64,000 bases of DNA, taken from positions 368,711 to 432,710 of the IMG/VR virus record IMGVR_UViG_3300015615_000629. One strand, written 5' to 3'. The notes beneath the pieces are model-generated. The model worked only from the letters and a program-made list of their open reading frames with translations. It had not been told where the DNA came from and searched no databases. This document shows, piece after piece, positions 37,290 through 47,589 of this stretch. The DNA is from a virus. Lineage: Duplodnaviria > Heunggongvirae > Uroviricota > Caudoviricetes. Made by a program: the position numbers and the translations under genes. Each line of letters starts with the position of its first letter. The first letter of the stretch is position 1.

Positions 37290-37688
37290 ATGACCATAGT
37301 AGTACCTGACGAATCAGAAATTCTAATTCTTCAATATGTTTTGAACATGGTCGCTCCTGGCAATGTTCAATTAAGACTTTATACTAACGATCCAACGATA
37401 AACGACAGTATTGTTAAAGCAAGTTTGACGGAATGTACAACTCCTGGTTACACAGCGGTTGCTTTAACGGGTGCGGGTTGGACAACTACTCAAACGGGTG
37501 GAGTAACTACTGCTGTCTATAGTGCGGTGGCCTTTACATTCACCACGGGAGCAACCGTAAACGGTTATTTCATAACAAATTCTGGCAATACTAAGGTTTT
37601 GTTTGTGGAAAGATTTACAAATGCTCCATTTAGTGTGAGTTCAAGTGGAGGAGACATAACAATCAATCCAAATATTACGTGTAGTTGA
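37290..37688 (+). CDS. virion structural protein
   Basis: T/G/V-rich; LRLYTNDPT...TECTTPGY...LTGAGW. Confidence 0.65.
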   Translation: MTIVVPDESEILILQYVLNMVAPGNVQLRLYTNDPTINDSIVKASLTECTTPGYTAVALTGAGWTTTQTGGVTTAVYSAVAFTFTTGATVNGYFITNSGNTKVLFVERFTNAPFSVSSSGGDITINPNITCS

Positions 37689-37703
37689 TGCGATATATAC
37701 TAC

Positions 37704-38240
37704 ATGAAGAACCCTGATGGAAGTCCTTATAAGACACTTGGAAGTCTCCAACAATTCAATCCAGAAAACAAACAGATATGTTTGCTCAATTTCTGGGACC
37801 AGGAAGCCATTAAATTAGGTGGCTCTCCTATCTTCTATCATGAATTGGTTGTAAATAGCGGCGATATTGACCCTGTTTACTTGGAAGCCAGGAACAAACT
37901 ATTCAGGGATCCTGTCCAATTATGGGGATTTTATGTACCAACCCCTACTACAAATTACGTAAATCAATACGGCATTGACGGTATTGATATGATGATCTTC
38001 GAATTTAATTACCGCATGGTATTAGACACATTAGGACATCGTCCAATCATTGGTTCTAGGCTGTTTACTCCACACAAGGGCGAAAATTGGGTAATTAAGA
38101 CAATTCAAACAAACCAATACGATCTTTGGAACGCAATTAGACTTCAAATGGTTTGCGACCGCTACCAAGAATCTATTACTACTCAAGAAGGTGCGGTTAC
38201 GCAAAGAAAAACCGATTTTAATATTTCCCCTTTACCTTAG
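37704..38240 (+). CDS. head-tail connector / neck protein (T4 gp14-like)
   Basis: QEAIKLGGSPIFY, DPVYLE, YGID, P.IGSRL. Confidence 0.75.
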   Translation: MKNPDGSPYKTLGSLQQFNPENKQICLLNFWDQEAIKLGGSPIFYHELVVNSGDIDPVYLEARNKLFRDPVQLWGFYVPTPTTNYVNQYGIDGIDMMIFEFNYRMVLDTLGHRPIIGSRLFTPHKGENWVIKTIQTNQYDLWNAIRLQMVCDRYQESITTQEGAVTQRKTDFNISPLP

Positions 38241-38514
38241 ACCTAATTAATTCCGAATCGGGCATTAACTCGGCAGCCCAGTCATAGAGTCTACAGATTA
38301 ATTCGGCAAAATTTCTAGCATCTTGTGGTTCGCAGAAATGAAATTGATAATGATTTCCTTCCACATGCCAGTTTGAACAACCGTCCCATTTGATAAAACC
38401 ATGAAATTCAATTTCTTCATACATTCCACCAGCCACTATGAATTCTACGGACAACTTAGTATCATGAACCGAAGCGGTGACATAATAACCCAAATCTTCA
38501 AATTCTCTTTCCAT
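38218..38514 (-). CDS. hypothetical protein
   Basis: AAGGA SD. Confidence 0.6.
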   Translation of the reverse strand: MEREFEDLGYYVTASVHDTKLSVEFIVAGGMYEEIEFHGFIKWDGCSNWHVEGNHYQFHFCEPQDARNFAELICRLYDWAAELMPDSELIRSKVKGKY

Positions 38515-38570
38515 TTGATTTCCTTACTTTAAATAACTTCAATGGTAGTTTGGGTTTAGGAATACGAGTC

Positions 38571-39440
38571 TCAATTGGAAGAGGCTCTTGTTTTATTCTT
38601 TGTTTTTTTACCTTTATGATTTTCATATTTTAAATAAATTGGTTTTATTGTTGGTGTTTCTTTATTTTTAGATTTTAAAAACGCTCTTCTGATAAGGTCT
38701 TTAATCCCTTGCATGCCATTTTTGGCGTAAGCGTTGCTTAATTGTCTATATTTATCATCAAAGGTGTTCCCTTTGTGGTCTTCCCATATGTTTTCACTTA
38801 AATAAGATTGATATTTTAGTATAGCACCTTCTAGATTTAATCTTTCATTTTTCTCTTGTTTTGTCATTTCTACGACATTATAGAGCATTTTTCTAGGGAC
38901 AATAAGTATCTGGGCGTAAGGTTCATCTTTTCGAAAGATGAATGTTTGTCCTTTTAGAGGTGCTTTAAAAACGATAAAGAAGATTCTGGGCCACCAATTG
39001 TGTAGGTGTCCTGGTACAGGAATTGGGACGGTTCCTGTAGTATCTGTAAAGAATCTTGGATGAGGCTCTATTCTTGTTACGTATCCCTCTGGCGGGCAGA
39101 TATCTATGGAAGATGTGAAACCAAAATGGCCTGGAGCAAAGGCAGCAAAGGGTTTTGCATGCTTTTGTTTAGTCCAAGGAGACTCTTTAGAAAAGTCTCC
39201 TTCGAATTTAATTTCATTATTCTCATCTAAAGTTATGCGACATTCTGTGTCGAATGGGTATATAAGTTCTAGACCATAGGTAGAGCCATCAATAAAAGGC
39301 TGACAATGCCAAGGTTGGGGCTTAGAACCGTCCGAATGATCCATAGAATCACCCGCCCAACCAGGAATCTCTAGTTTAATTTTTCTTGGTGCCGAACCTT
39401 TGTACCAAGTTCTGTATTTTATTTTTATATTTTCGAACAT
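38571..39440 (-). CDS. DUF6065-like protein
   Basis: PWHCQPFIDGSTYGLELIYPFD, FGFTS, FRKDEPYAQI. Confidence 0.5.
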   Translation of the reverse strand: MFENIKIKYRTWYKGSAPRKIKLEIPGWAGDSMDHSDGSKPQPWHCQPFIDGSTYGLELIYPFDTECRITLDENNEIKFEGDFSKESPWTKQKHAKPFAAFAPGHFGFTSSIDICPPEGYVTRIEPHPRFFTDTTGTVPIPVPGHLHNWWPRIFFIVFKAPLKGQTFIFRKDEPYAQILIVPRKMLYNVVEMTKQEKNERLNLEGAILKYQSYLSENIWEDHKGNTFDDKYRQLSNAYAKNGMQGIKDLIRRAFLKSKNKETPTIKPIYLKYENHKGKKTKNKTRASSN

Positions 39441-39466
39441 GAAGGACCATAAATAGGTGAAACAAT

Positions 39467-40462
39467 ATGCCAATTAACTATGACGACAAATCGTTAAATG
39501 AATGTAACGAAAAGAGTCCTAATCTAGACGAGCTTAATAATGACAAAATTCCTCCCTTTTGTCTAGACCCAACTGCTCCTCCCAATAAAAATTTTGTCTC
39601 GGGAGCACCGGATCTTGGTTGGAATGACGATTTAAGTAATTCCAAGACTGGAATTGGACGCCAAGCAAATTGCGATCCGATGCAGACCGGAAAGATCGTA
39701 AATGAGACAGAAAACCCAAGCCCCCAAACGATTTACCGTTACGCTCGTTCATTAAGAGGTGCCGATGAAGCTGTAATGGATTTGTTTAAGAATATTGATG
39801 TGATTGATGAAGATGGGAAGGCACATAGGGTTCCCATTATTATAGGAACACAAGAGAAGGCGATTGCGGCAATTTTACAGGATAATGTGAGAAAAGATAC
39901 TAGTTATGTAGTTGATAGGATTCGTTTGCCGATGATGGCAATTCATTCTAATAGCATCCAGCCTAATCAGGAAAGATATACGTATAGTCGGGCCAAGGAT
40001 TGGATGAGGAGATTTAGACCAGATAATAAACCTGGATTTACAACGGATGAAAAGTATGAAAGGGATACGGTATTTGGGGTAACTAGAGGTATTCCTGTAG
40101 ATGTGAGTTATACGTTACACGTTTGGACGTTGTATATGGAAGACTTGTTGCAGATTACCGAGCAAATCTTTTTGAAATTCAATCCAGTGGCGTATATAAG
40201 AATACGTGGCGTAACTTGGGAAACCATAGTACGTTTGGACGCAACTAGTAATAACATAAATTTTGAACCAGGAGATCAAGACTTAAGGGTATTAAAGTAT
40301 CAATTTGAGATGACTGCTGAAACTTATATTGCACAGCCAATATCTAGACATAAGGCAGTATTAAAAGAAAAAATTGATATTTATAATAGCGTTGACGAGG
40401 ACAAAGTTACTGACGTATTCAGTAGATTTATAGAACAGGTGGATAATGATCGAGCTAACTAA
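39467..40462 (+). CDS. tail terminator / tail completion protein (T4 gp15-like)
   Basis: RVPIIIGTQEK, RIRLPMMAI, GIPVDVSYTLHVWT, QITEQIFLKFNP; directly before sheath. Confidence 0.8.
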   Translation: MPINYDDKSLNECNEKSPNLDELNNDKIPPFCLDPTAPPNKNFVSGAPDLGWNDDLSNSKTGIGRQANCDPMQTGKIVNETENPSPQTIYRYARSLRGADEAVMDLFKNIDVIDEDGKAHRVPIIIGTQEKAIAAILQDNVRKDTSYVVDRIRLPMMAIHSNSIQPNQERYTYSRAKDWMRRFRPDNKPGFTTDEKYERDTVFGVTRGIPVDVSYTLHVWTLYMEDLLQITEQIFLKFNPVAYIRIRGVTWETIVRLDATSNNINFEPGDQDLRVLKYQFEMTAETYIAQPISRHKAVLKEKIDIYNSVDEDKVTDVFSRFIEQVDNDRAN

Positions 40463-40646
40463 TAGGACAAAATCGCCAATTTCGGTTGTAATAAGGTCAA
40501 AAAAGCGTCCAAGAGACTTTACAACCTTGACGATTCCTGGGATTGGTTCGAACCATAACACTCGGGTAATTGAAGACGAACGCATGACTGAATATGTTGA
40601 TCGACTGATTAAAAGCAAGTTAATAAGTAAAAAAGATATTAAATAG
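40446..40646 (+). CDS. hypothetical protein
   Basis: Between terminator and sheath genes. Confidence 0.55.
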   Translation: MIELTNRTKSPISVVIRSKKRPRDFTTLTIPGIGSNHNTRVIEDERMTEYVDRLIKSKLISKKDIK

Positions 40647-40654
40647 GAGAAACA

Positions 40655-43042
40655 ATGGCGATTTTGACAGGCTTTCCGCCTTCCAACACAATCAGTCCTG
40701 GCGTTCGCATCGCTGAGAATGATTTAAGTTTTGTTCCAGCCGAACAATCCTTGCACCGTGCTGGATTGGTTGGATTTGCAAGCAAAGGCCCGGTCGGTAT
40801 TCCCACTCCAATTAGCACAACTCGTGAGTTGCATGTCGTTTTTGGATTCCCCCACCCAGACGTTAGCGATCCTTATCTAATTTATGCTGGCGAACAGTTT
40901 TTGCTCGTTGCCAACGAATTAGTTGTCGTCCGTGTTGCCGAAGAAGAAGCAGTAAACGATGAGGCTGCTCAAACCGCTGACATGGACGTTCCTGCTTCTG
41001 GTGGACGTATAATTATTCAATCTGCCACCACTAGCCCTTATTCGTTTGATAACGATTCGTTCTTCCGTTGGAGATTAAATGGCGTTTTGGCTTCAAAAAC
41101 CTTAGTGGTTTTAGCCGACGAAAATCGTCCTGGGGATGACGCTAATAGTGCCTATTCCTGCGATGAATTAGTAGATTTGCTTAATTCTCAAATTGATTCA
41201 GTTCAAGATGGATTCCAATTCTATTGTTCAACTGATAACAAAATTGGCTTAAGCACAACATATGCCTTCGGCCCAGATGCTTCTTTTGAATTAGTATCGG
41301 TTAAGGATTCTATTTATGGCGGCACAGTAGGCCCAACCAACGTTACGGGACTTGGAACCGGCATGACGGCCGCTTCAACCACAGGAACAAAAGACCGTTA
41401 TCCTAATGATGGCTATCACACTGCTGGAGATTGGACATTTACGGGACTTGATGATGCTGCTGCCGACCTTTACGTGGTTATCGACGGAACAGATAGCGTT
41501 TTGATTGATAACGCCGTTCAAGTGGTAAGTTTAGCCGATTTGATCGGTTCTACGGTAACAACCACTGATATCGTAAATGAAATTAACAATCAAATTACTG
41601 CCGGAACAATTGCTGGTGGTTTCGTTGCCGCTGCAACTGGCGATAACTTAACTCTACAGACGTTGCACACAGGTCGAGATGCCAGAATTCTTGTTAAATC
41701 AAGCAGTCCTGGTTTCAGTATCTTTGGCTTTAGTGGTTTAACTGCTACGGGTGGTTCGCCGCAAGGTGCCGCTGGCGATGTCGCTATCGCAAGTTACGGT
41801 ATTGTAAACGGTAACGAAAACACGACAGATCAGGTTTCTTTTACGCTCCAGGCTGAAAGCCCTGGTATTGAGGGAAACAACACTCAAATAACCATTATCA
41901 ACGATACCAGAAGTGCGACTTTCACAATGGAAGTTTTAAACTCTGGGGCTGCGGTTGAGACTTGGGGTAATTTAACCAAGGATCAATCGAGCCGATATTA
42001 TGTTGAAACTTTCTTGGCTACGGTATCCAATTATATTCGCGTTAATGACAACACAGACTCTGTTGCTCCACCTGCTGACGGAACTTACACTTTAACCGGT
42101 GGAACGGACGGTATTCCTTCTGATCCTGATCAACAGGATTCGCTCTTAATTGGAAGTGATGTAGGGTTTACGGGAGTTTACTCTTTATCCGAACCCGAAC
42201 AAAACGATATTGATTTATTGGCAATTCCTGGCCACTCGTCAACTAGTGTTGTAATGGCATTAATTGATGTTTGCCAGAACAAGCGTCAGGATTGCTTGGC
42301 AATTATTGATCCGCCGTTTGGTTTGACGGTTAACGAAATCGTTGACTGGCAAAATGGAACTCACCCGCTTAACAGCACGCGATTTGACAGCGATTTTGCT
42401 GCTCTTTACTGGCCTTGGGTTAAGATTCGCGACACGCATAATCGTGTTGACGTTTGGGTTCCGCCGTCTGGTTCGGTAATGGCTGTTATTGCCCGAAACG
42501 ACTTTTTAGGAGCCCCGTGGATGGCCCCAGCGGGAGCCAATCGTGGCATTGTTCCTGGCATTACCGATGTGTTTACCAGACCTACATTGTCTGAGCGAGA
42601 TTTAATGTATGGTTTCCGCAATGCTATTAACCCAATTGTTCAATTTGCCGATGTGGATGGATTTACAATTTGGGGACAAAAGACATTGCAGCGTAGACCA
42701 ACGGCTCTTGACCGTGTAAACGTCCGTCGTTTGATGTTTACGGTTGAAAAGAGAATTAGGGCTGCTTGTCGTCAGTTGTTGTTTGAGCCACACGACGATA
42801 TTTTCAATCAGAAGTTTACAGACATCTGTACGGCTATTTTGAGAGAAATTCAAGTTGGTAGAGGAATAACGGACTTCATTATTGATGCTAGTGCGGAGCT
42901 TAATACTCCGGATGTCATTGATAGAAATGAATTCCGTGCGAGAATTGGTATTATTCCGGTTCATGCTGTTGAATTTATATTTATTGAATTTAGTGTGCAA
43001 AGAACGGGTAGTATCACGGAATCGTCTGCGACGGTATTCTAA
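40655..43042 (+). CDS. contractile tail sheath protein (T4 gp18-like)
   Basis: SPGVRIAENDLS, GFASKGP, ALYWPW, WVPPSG, WMAPAG.NRG, INPIV, WGQKTL, DRVNVRRL, VEFIFIEF. Confidence 0.95.
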   Translation: MAILTGFPPSNTISPGVRIAENDLSFVPAEQSLHRAGLVGFASKGPVGIPTPISTTRELHVVFGFPHPDVSDPYLIYAGEQFLLVANELVVVRVAEEEAVNDEAAQTADMDVPASGGRIIIQSATTSPYSFDNDSFFRWRLNGVLASKTLVVLADENRPGDDANSAYSCDELVDLLNSQIDSVQDGFQFYCSTDNKIGLSTTYAFGPDASFELVSVKDSIYGGTVGPTNVTGLGTGMTAASTTGTKDRYPNDGYHTAGDWTFTGLDDAAADLYVVIDGTDSVLIDNAVQVVSLADLIGSTVTTTDIVNEINNQITAGTIAGGFVAAATGDNLTLQTLHTGRDARILVKSSSPGFSIFGFSGLTATGGSPQGAAGDVAIASYGIVNGNENTTDQVSFTLQAESPGIEGNNTQITIINDTRSATFTMEVLNSGAAVETWGNLTKDQSSRYYVETFLATVSNYIRVNDNTDSVAPPADGTYTLTGGTDGIPSDPDQQDSLLIGSDVGFTGVYSLSEPEQNDIDLLAIPGHSSTSVVMALIDVCQNKRQDCLAIIDPPFGLTVNEIVDWQNGTHPLNSTRFDSDFAALYWPWVKIRDTHNRVDVWVPPSGSVMAVIARNDFLGAPWMAPAGANRGIVPGITDVFTRPTLSERDLMYGFRNAINPIVQFADVDGFTIWGQKTLQRRPTALDRVNVRRLMFTVEKRIRAACRQLLFEPHDDIFNQKFTDICTAILREIQVGRGITDFIIDASAELNTPDVIDRNEFRARIGIIPVHAVEFIFIEFSVQRTGSITESSATVF

Positions 43043-43059
43043 AGGAGAAATTAAAATAA

Positions 43060-43620
43060 ATGGCTAATATGGGTATTGGAAGATTAGGTCAGAGGGACAC
43101 TATCTTCAAGAGAAAATTCCGTTGGACTTTTAGAGTAGACAACATCTGCGGTGGATTATCCATCCCAGAGTATTATGTCAAGCTTGCGGCTCGTCCCAAC
43201 TTGACAATCGAAGAACAGGAAATCAACTTCCTAAATGCCAAGACTTGGATTCCTGGCAAAGCATCTTGGGAAACAATTACTGTAACATATTATGACGTAG
43301 CTACAACCGATTCGAAAGCATTGTGGAATTGGATTGCGTCTGTATACGAATTTCCAGACCCAGTTCGTTTAAGAATGGGCTCTAGCCAGCGTGACTATGC
43401 TGGTAGCGGTCAATTGGTTATGTACGATGGTTGCGGTGAGCCATTGGAACAATGGACACTTAATGACTTGTGGCCTCAAGCCATTAACTGGGGCGAATTG
43501 GACATGGGTTCCTCAGAAGAATCTAACATTGAATTAACGCTCCGTTATTCAAGTGTTGTATACCAATCTTTCTGCCCAAGATTCACACCAGAAGCTTGCT
43601 GCACAGGTTGCTCTGCTTAA
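43060..43620 (+). CDS. tail tube protein (T4 gp19-like)
   Basis: Follows sheath; KRKFRWTF, ARPNL, WIPGKASWETITVTYYD, WPQAINWGELDMGSSE. Confidence 0.9.
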   Translation: MANMGIGRLGQRDTIFKRKFRWTFRVDNICGGLSIPEYYVKLAARPNLTIEEQEINFLNAKTWIPGKASWETITVTYYDVATTDSKALWNWIASVYEFPDPVRLRMGSSQRDYAGSGQLVMYDGCGEPLEQWTLNDLWPQAINWGELDMGSSEESNIELTLRYSSVVYQSFCPRFTPEACCTGCSA

Positions 43621-43691
43621 TAAAGAGGTTCTTAAATGGAAGGGAAGTTTTAAACAAACTTCCCTTCCATTTAGTCTTTTAAGGAGTTTAT

Positions 43692-44510
43692 ATGGTAAGT
43701 GGATTGGTAGTTTTAAGCAACGCCGTAAAAGGCTGCTATCCATTTAAAGAATCTATTCAATCTTTTCTACCTGTCTGTGACGAAATATGTGCTGTTTACG
43801 ACGTATTCTCTACAGATGACACAAGAGAAATTGTCGAATCTATTGGCGACAAGAAAATCCGCATAATTCCATCCGCCTTTAATCTTAAAGAATGGGGATG
43901 GATTGGATATGGAATAATGCGAACAGCCGGCTACCATGCTTGCTCTGGTAAAGGGGTTATCTTAATGTTTGACGCTGATGGTGTCTTGCATGAGAAAGAT
44001 TACGATACAGTACGCAATCATTGCAGAGAAATGGAAGTCGGCAAGGTTCCTAATGCTTATTGGAACAAACACAGAATATATAAACCAACTCTTTATCACC
44101 CACAACATAAGCATTCTGGAATCTACAACAAAGCCGTTTTGGGCGATTTGTTTGATTTTTTTCATGGAAACAAAGGAATCCCTAACTTTAGCAGATATAT
44201 TGCAGCCTATCCGGAACATGCCAAACGCCGCACAATGCAATTTGATGTAAGATTGTACGGTTACGAACATGTATGGGATACAGAAGAATGTATTCGCAAC
44301 AAGGTTGCAGTTTATGGAAGAATGATGGATCGTGTGTCTGGCCAGCCATTTAAGACCGATCCTGAGTATTACGATGCTTATCGTAAAGAATTGGTTGAAA
44401 AGATGGAAAGCAAAGGCTTACCCATGACCATTGAAGAACAGCCCGCCATAATTCAAGATAAATTAAAAGAAGTAACCGATAAGCACTTTGGCTACAATTT
44501 CTTTTCTTGA
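43692..44510 (+). CDS. GT2-like glycosyltransferase
   Basis: YPFKESIQSFLPVCDEI, STDDT, FDADG (DxD). Confidence 0.7.
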   Translation: MVSGLVVLSNAVKGCYPFKESIQSFLPVCDEICAVYDVFSTDDTREIVESIGDKKIRIIPSAFNLKEWGWIGYGIMRTAGYHACSGKGVILMFDADGVLHEKDYDTVRNHCREMEVGKVPNAYWNKHRIYKPTLYHPQHKHSGIYNKAVLGDLFDFFHGNKGIPNFSRYIAAYPEHAKRRTMQFDVRLYGYEHVWDTEECIRNKVAVYGRMMDRVSGQPFKTDPEYYDAYRKELVEKMESKGLPMTIEEQPAIIQDKLKEVTDKHFGYNFFS

Positions 44511-44743
44511 TGTTTCATATATGCTTTTAATCCTATTAGGGACTGCCATAGGGAGGTAGCCACAAATAGAGATAGCGACCATTGGTCTGGACTTTTCGCC
44601 ACCAATATGGTATTAAGGACAATTCCGATAGTTCCTTGGGCGATCATCGTAAGGTAGATTCCTTTCAGTTGGTGTTTGTAGATTAGCCACTGAAGCAGGA
44701 AAGACGAGAAAACACTACCGAAAACCAAAAAGGTTAAAAACAT
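44492..44743 (-). CDS. small membrane protein
   Basis: Three TM segments. Confidence 0.5.
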   Translation of the reverse strand: MFLTFLVFGSVFSSFLLQWLIYKHQLKGIYLTMIAQGTIGIVLNTILVAKSPDQWSLSLFVATSLWQSLIGLKAYMKHQEKKL

Positions 44744-44847
44744 ACCTTAGATACGATTATGAAATTCAAGTAGAATCCAGAAAAACTGGTTTTTACAACT
44801 CATGATTGAAAAAGTTTATGTGAATTGTAATCTCCAACCGATAGACG

Positions 44848-45051
44848 ATGAGATCGAGAGAGAAGATAGAATTGCTGGCTCAACTTAATGCCTTGAAAAA
44901 GCAAGGTAAGGCGATACTATCATCTTACGAAGACGCAATTACTGCCGTAGAGTTAATGGAAGACAAGATAATTAGACTGAATTTAAAAATTGAGCAAATA
45001 GAGCAGGAAAATTATGAGTTACTTCAAATGCTACGCCGTAAAAGCACTTAA
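44848..45051 (+). CDS. coiled-coil hypothetical protein
   Basis: Heptad pattern. Confidence 0.5.
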   Translation: MRSREKIELLAQLNALKKQGKAILSSYEDAITAVELMEDKIIRLNLKIEQIEQENYELLQMLRRKST

Positions 45052-45469
45052 TGTCCTTCTTCTTCTTTGTATGGTTTGGCTAACATTTTTCTTTTGTTTT
45101 AGCGTGTTAAAAGTATGTTTTAAAGGTCGTAAGAGTACCGATTGGGTGCAAAACCAGCCTTATGAACCCCTAATCGATAAAAAAGGTAGACCGCTTGAAT
45201 ATATGCCTTGGGAGTTGGCTAACGCCGATGTTGATGAGGTGCGTAGGGTTGTGGATAAATTAACTGGTGATCAAGTCTTTATTACAGGTTCTCCCACCTA
45301 TGAGTTTGGCGAACCTAATTATCGTATCCTTCGCAGAAGCCGTATCGATTTAAGAAAATTCGATAATGGCTGGAAGGATGCGGGAATAGGGGATTTTTGG
45401 TCTGTCGAAACCAGACGGCTTTCAGAGTTAATGCCTCTATACGGGCAAGAAATAGGAGCGTCAAAATGA
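45014..45469 (+). CDS. membrane-anchored hypothetical protein
   Basis: N-terminal TM. Confidence 0.55.
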   Translation: MSYFKCYAVKALNVLLLLCMVWLTFFFCFSVLKVCFKGRKSTDWVQNQPYEPLIDKKGRPLEYMPWELANADVDEVRRVVDKLTGDQVFITGSPTYEFGEPNYRILRRSRIDLRKFDNGWKDAGIGDFWSVETRRLSELMPLYGQEIGASK

Positions 45470-45855
45470 TTAGGTACTTTCTTGTTTTTGTCTTGTTTTG
45501 CTCAACATGCCATGCAAAGGATTATACTTTTCATGGGACATGGAACACTACTGGACGCAGGTCTCTTTCCGGAGAAATGACTTGTGTTCTAACGCCTTTG
45601 AAGAAGGTAAAAGACAAACAACGCTGGCGTGGTCGTTTTTATGGTATTTGGCAAGGTGTAGAGTTTGATTACGTTGAAGAATTCGAAGGGCCAGCTACGG
45701 CCTTAACCGGAAAAGCGGTAATAGATGGAGCAAACTACACTTGGAAAGGTAGTGCAAGCCAGCAACGATTTAGGGCGACATTTACTGGAGATAGATATAC
45801 GGGCAAATTTGAGCTGAAACGAGTTCAAGAAAACACTTCAAGACTTAGAAGGTAG
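45466..45855 (+). CDS. secreted beta-rich protein
   Basis: Signal peptide MIRYFLVFVLFCSTCHA; AGGAG SD. Confidence 0.6.
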   Translation: MIRYFLVFVLFCSTCHAKDYTFHGTWNTTGRRSLSGEMTCVLTPLKKVKDKQRWRGRFYGIWQGVEFDYVEEFEGPATALTGKAVIDGANYTWKGSASQQRFRATFTGDRYTGKFELKRVQENTSRLRR

Positions 45856-46093
45856 GAGGTTCGTACCTTTGGCTATAACCAACGCCTTGGGTTCTGTATT
45901 TGCTTAGAATGTGATTCATTTGCTCATGAAAACTACTAGCTAACTGTTGAAGTTCTTGGCGGGCTTTTGGATCAAAAACACTTTTAATTTGCGAATTGAG
46001 TTGTTGTAATACCCAATCAAATCCTTCTAAACTACGGTCGGCTAGCGGGCCACCCGGCCTGTTTGCTTCTTGGAAATTTTCAAAAGTTCTCAT
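45845..46093 (-). CDS. small protein with capsid-targeting-like N-terminus
   Basis: MRTFENFQE start; ATATATA upstream. Confidence 0.6.
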   Translation of the reverse strand: MRTFENFQEANRPGGPLADRSLEGFDWVLQQLNSQIKSVFDPKARQELQQLASSFHEQMNHILSKYRTQGVGYSQRYEPPTF

Positions 46094-46253
46094 GGAAATA
46101 TATATGAAAAAATGCAAGTATTTTGAAAAATACAAAGGGGTTTTTAAACCGCGTTGCGGCTGTTTAGCCTGTAACAAAAAATATAAGGAAGTTCAACTTG
46201 CTAAATTGAATTCACGTTAAACAGAATCGGAGATAATTGTGCTTAAATAATTC

Positions 46254-46727
46254 ATGTGGAAATCCGTTCTATTTTTATTCCTTCCCACAGCTAGCTTTGC
46301 ATCTCAATGTGAGATTGCTTCTGAAATGCGGGTTCCCAATCGTTCTAGAACCCAATGCGTCTGGGCTTCGATAGAAACGCTTGCCAGACACAACAAGGTG
46401 CCACAACTATATGGCATTACTGACACTTATAAAGAAAAAGCAAATATCCATCATGTAGAAAAGGTATTGAAAAAGAAACGTGTTCGTTATATTATGACAC
46501 TAAAGGGAAATACCACTTTATTGAAAAGATATGTCAGGGAAAAGAAATTTGGAGTAGCGTTTGGTACGAACCATAAACATATGATGACAATGGTTCATAT
46601 TGACGACGAATGTGTTAAATTTATTGATAGTTCTTCTAAAGAGTTGGAAGAAAAGACTTGGGATTTAAAAACATTTAATAAAGCATTTGACGGCTGGGTT
46701 ATCGTTATATTGGGTAAAGAAAAATGA
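46254..46727 (+). CDS. secreted C39-like cysteine peptidase
   Basis: Signal peptide; QCVWAS, HMMTMV, FIDSS. Confidence 0.6.
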   Translation: MWKSVLFLFLPTASFASQCEIASEMRVPNRSRTQCVWASIETLARHNKVPQLYGITDTYKEKANIHHVEKVLKKKRVRYIMTLKGNTTLLKRYVREKKFGVAFGTNHKHMMTMVHIDDECVKFIDSSSKELEEKTWDLKTFNKAFDGWVIVILGKEK

Positions 46728-46936
46728 GCCTTCCTGTAATTTACATAATATTTTCATATGTTTTGACTTTTGTTTTGTTACGTTACTGGAAGTTTTTGTC
46801 TTTTATAGAGACTAATTTGGCTGGATTTTTATTCCTAATTAGTCCTATCGGATTGATAATTGTGGCGTCTTTTTCTTTGGCATTTGTTCTTGGAACTACT
46901 GTAGAGATGGTAGGGAAATTCATTAAAAATGGATAA
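46724..46936 (+). CDS. small membrane protein
   Basis: Hydrophobic, coupled. Confidence 0.5.
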   Translation: MSLPVIYIIFSYVLTFVLLRYWKFLSFIETNLAGFLFLISPIGLIIVASFSLAFVLGTTVEMVGKFIKNG

Positions 46937-47114
46937 AACAGATGATGTTAGGTTTTTGGCCTATTTATTGGCCGAAAGAGATGGCTTCACGAAAGAACCT
47001 GAATATTATTGGTTCGAAGCCGAGAGGTTAACCTACGCACCGCCGCCTGAAGAATTGACAAATTTCCGCAAGTTGAAGGCTACGTGGCGGATAGACGCCA
47101 ATTCTTTGATTTAA
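46929..47114 (+). CDS. DUF2934-like protein
   Basis: VRFLAYLLAERDG....EYYWFEAER. Confidence 0.6.
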   Translation: MDKTDDVRFLAYLLAERDGFTKEPEYYWFEAERLTYAPPPEELTNFRKLKATWRIDANSLI

Positions 47115-47589
47115 TTAGCGGGGAATGTATCCAGTTTCCCTTTTTCTTTTCTGTTTTCTTGCGGACATGAATATCGAACAACTGGCGTGCGACATCAAGT
47201 ATATTTTTGGGAATCTCACTGACTTGGGATATTGTGTCTGACGCGCCGGTTACTTTAATATTTACCTTCACTAGATCCGAAGGTATTTCAATATACTGAA
47301 GCGGACTAAAGGAAAGATTTGTCGGACCTTCCGTAAGATATTTTAGGACATAATCTCCTTCGATAAAGTTCTTTAGTTGGTTTTCAATTCTGTTAACAAC
47401 GACAGTAAAAGAATTTTTGACTAATCCAACATGCTTTAGATAATTATCTTCTAATCCAAATTCATCAAGACCTGTTGCCATTACGGCTATTGATGACTTG
47501 CTGGCGACTACTATACCGAAAATAACACAATTTTCTGGTTCTTGTAGGTTGGGATAATAGAGAAGTAATCTATAACTAAACTCTTGCAT
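47080..47589 (-). CDS. DUF3037-like protein
   Basis: YRLLLYYPN....ENCVIFGIVV ... NLSFSP. Confidence 0.45.
   Translation of the reverse strand: MQEFSYRLLLYYPNLQEPENCVIFGIVVASKSSIAVMATGLDEFGLEDNYLKHVGLVKNSFTVVVNRIENQLKNFIEGDYVLKYLTEGPTNLSFSPLQYIEIPSDLVKVNIKVTGASDTISQVSEIPKNILDVARQLFDIHVRKKTEKKKGNWIHSPLIKSKNWRLSAT

Noticed and set aside
40655-43620. Sheath and tube as a bacterial eCIS, tailocin or T6SS locus
   Set aside because: Neck proteins, gp55-like sigma, homing endonuclease and phage-style gene packing indicate a full phage. No cellular housekeeping context is present.
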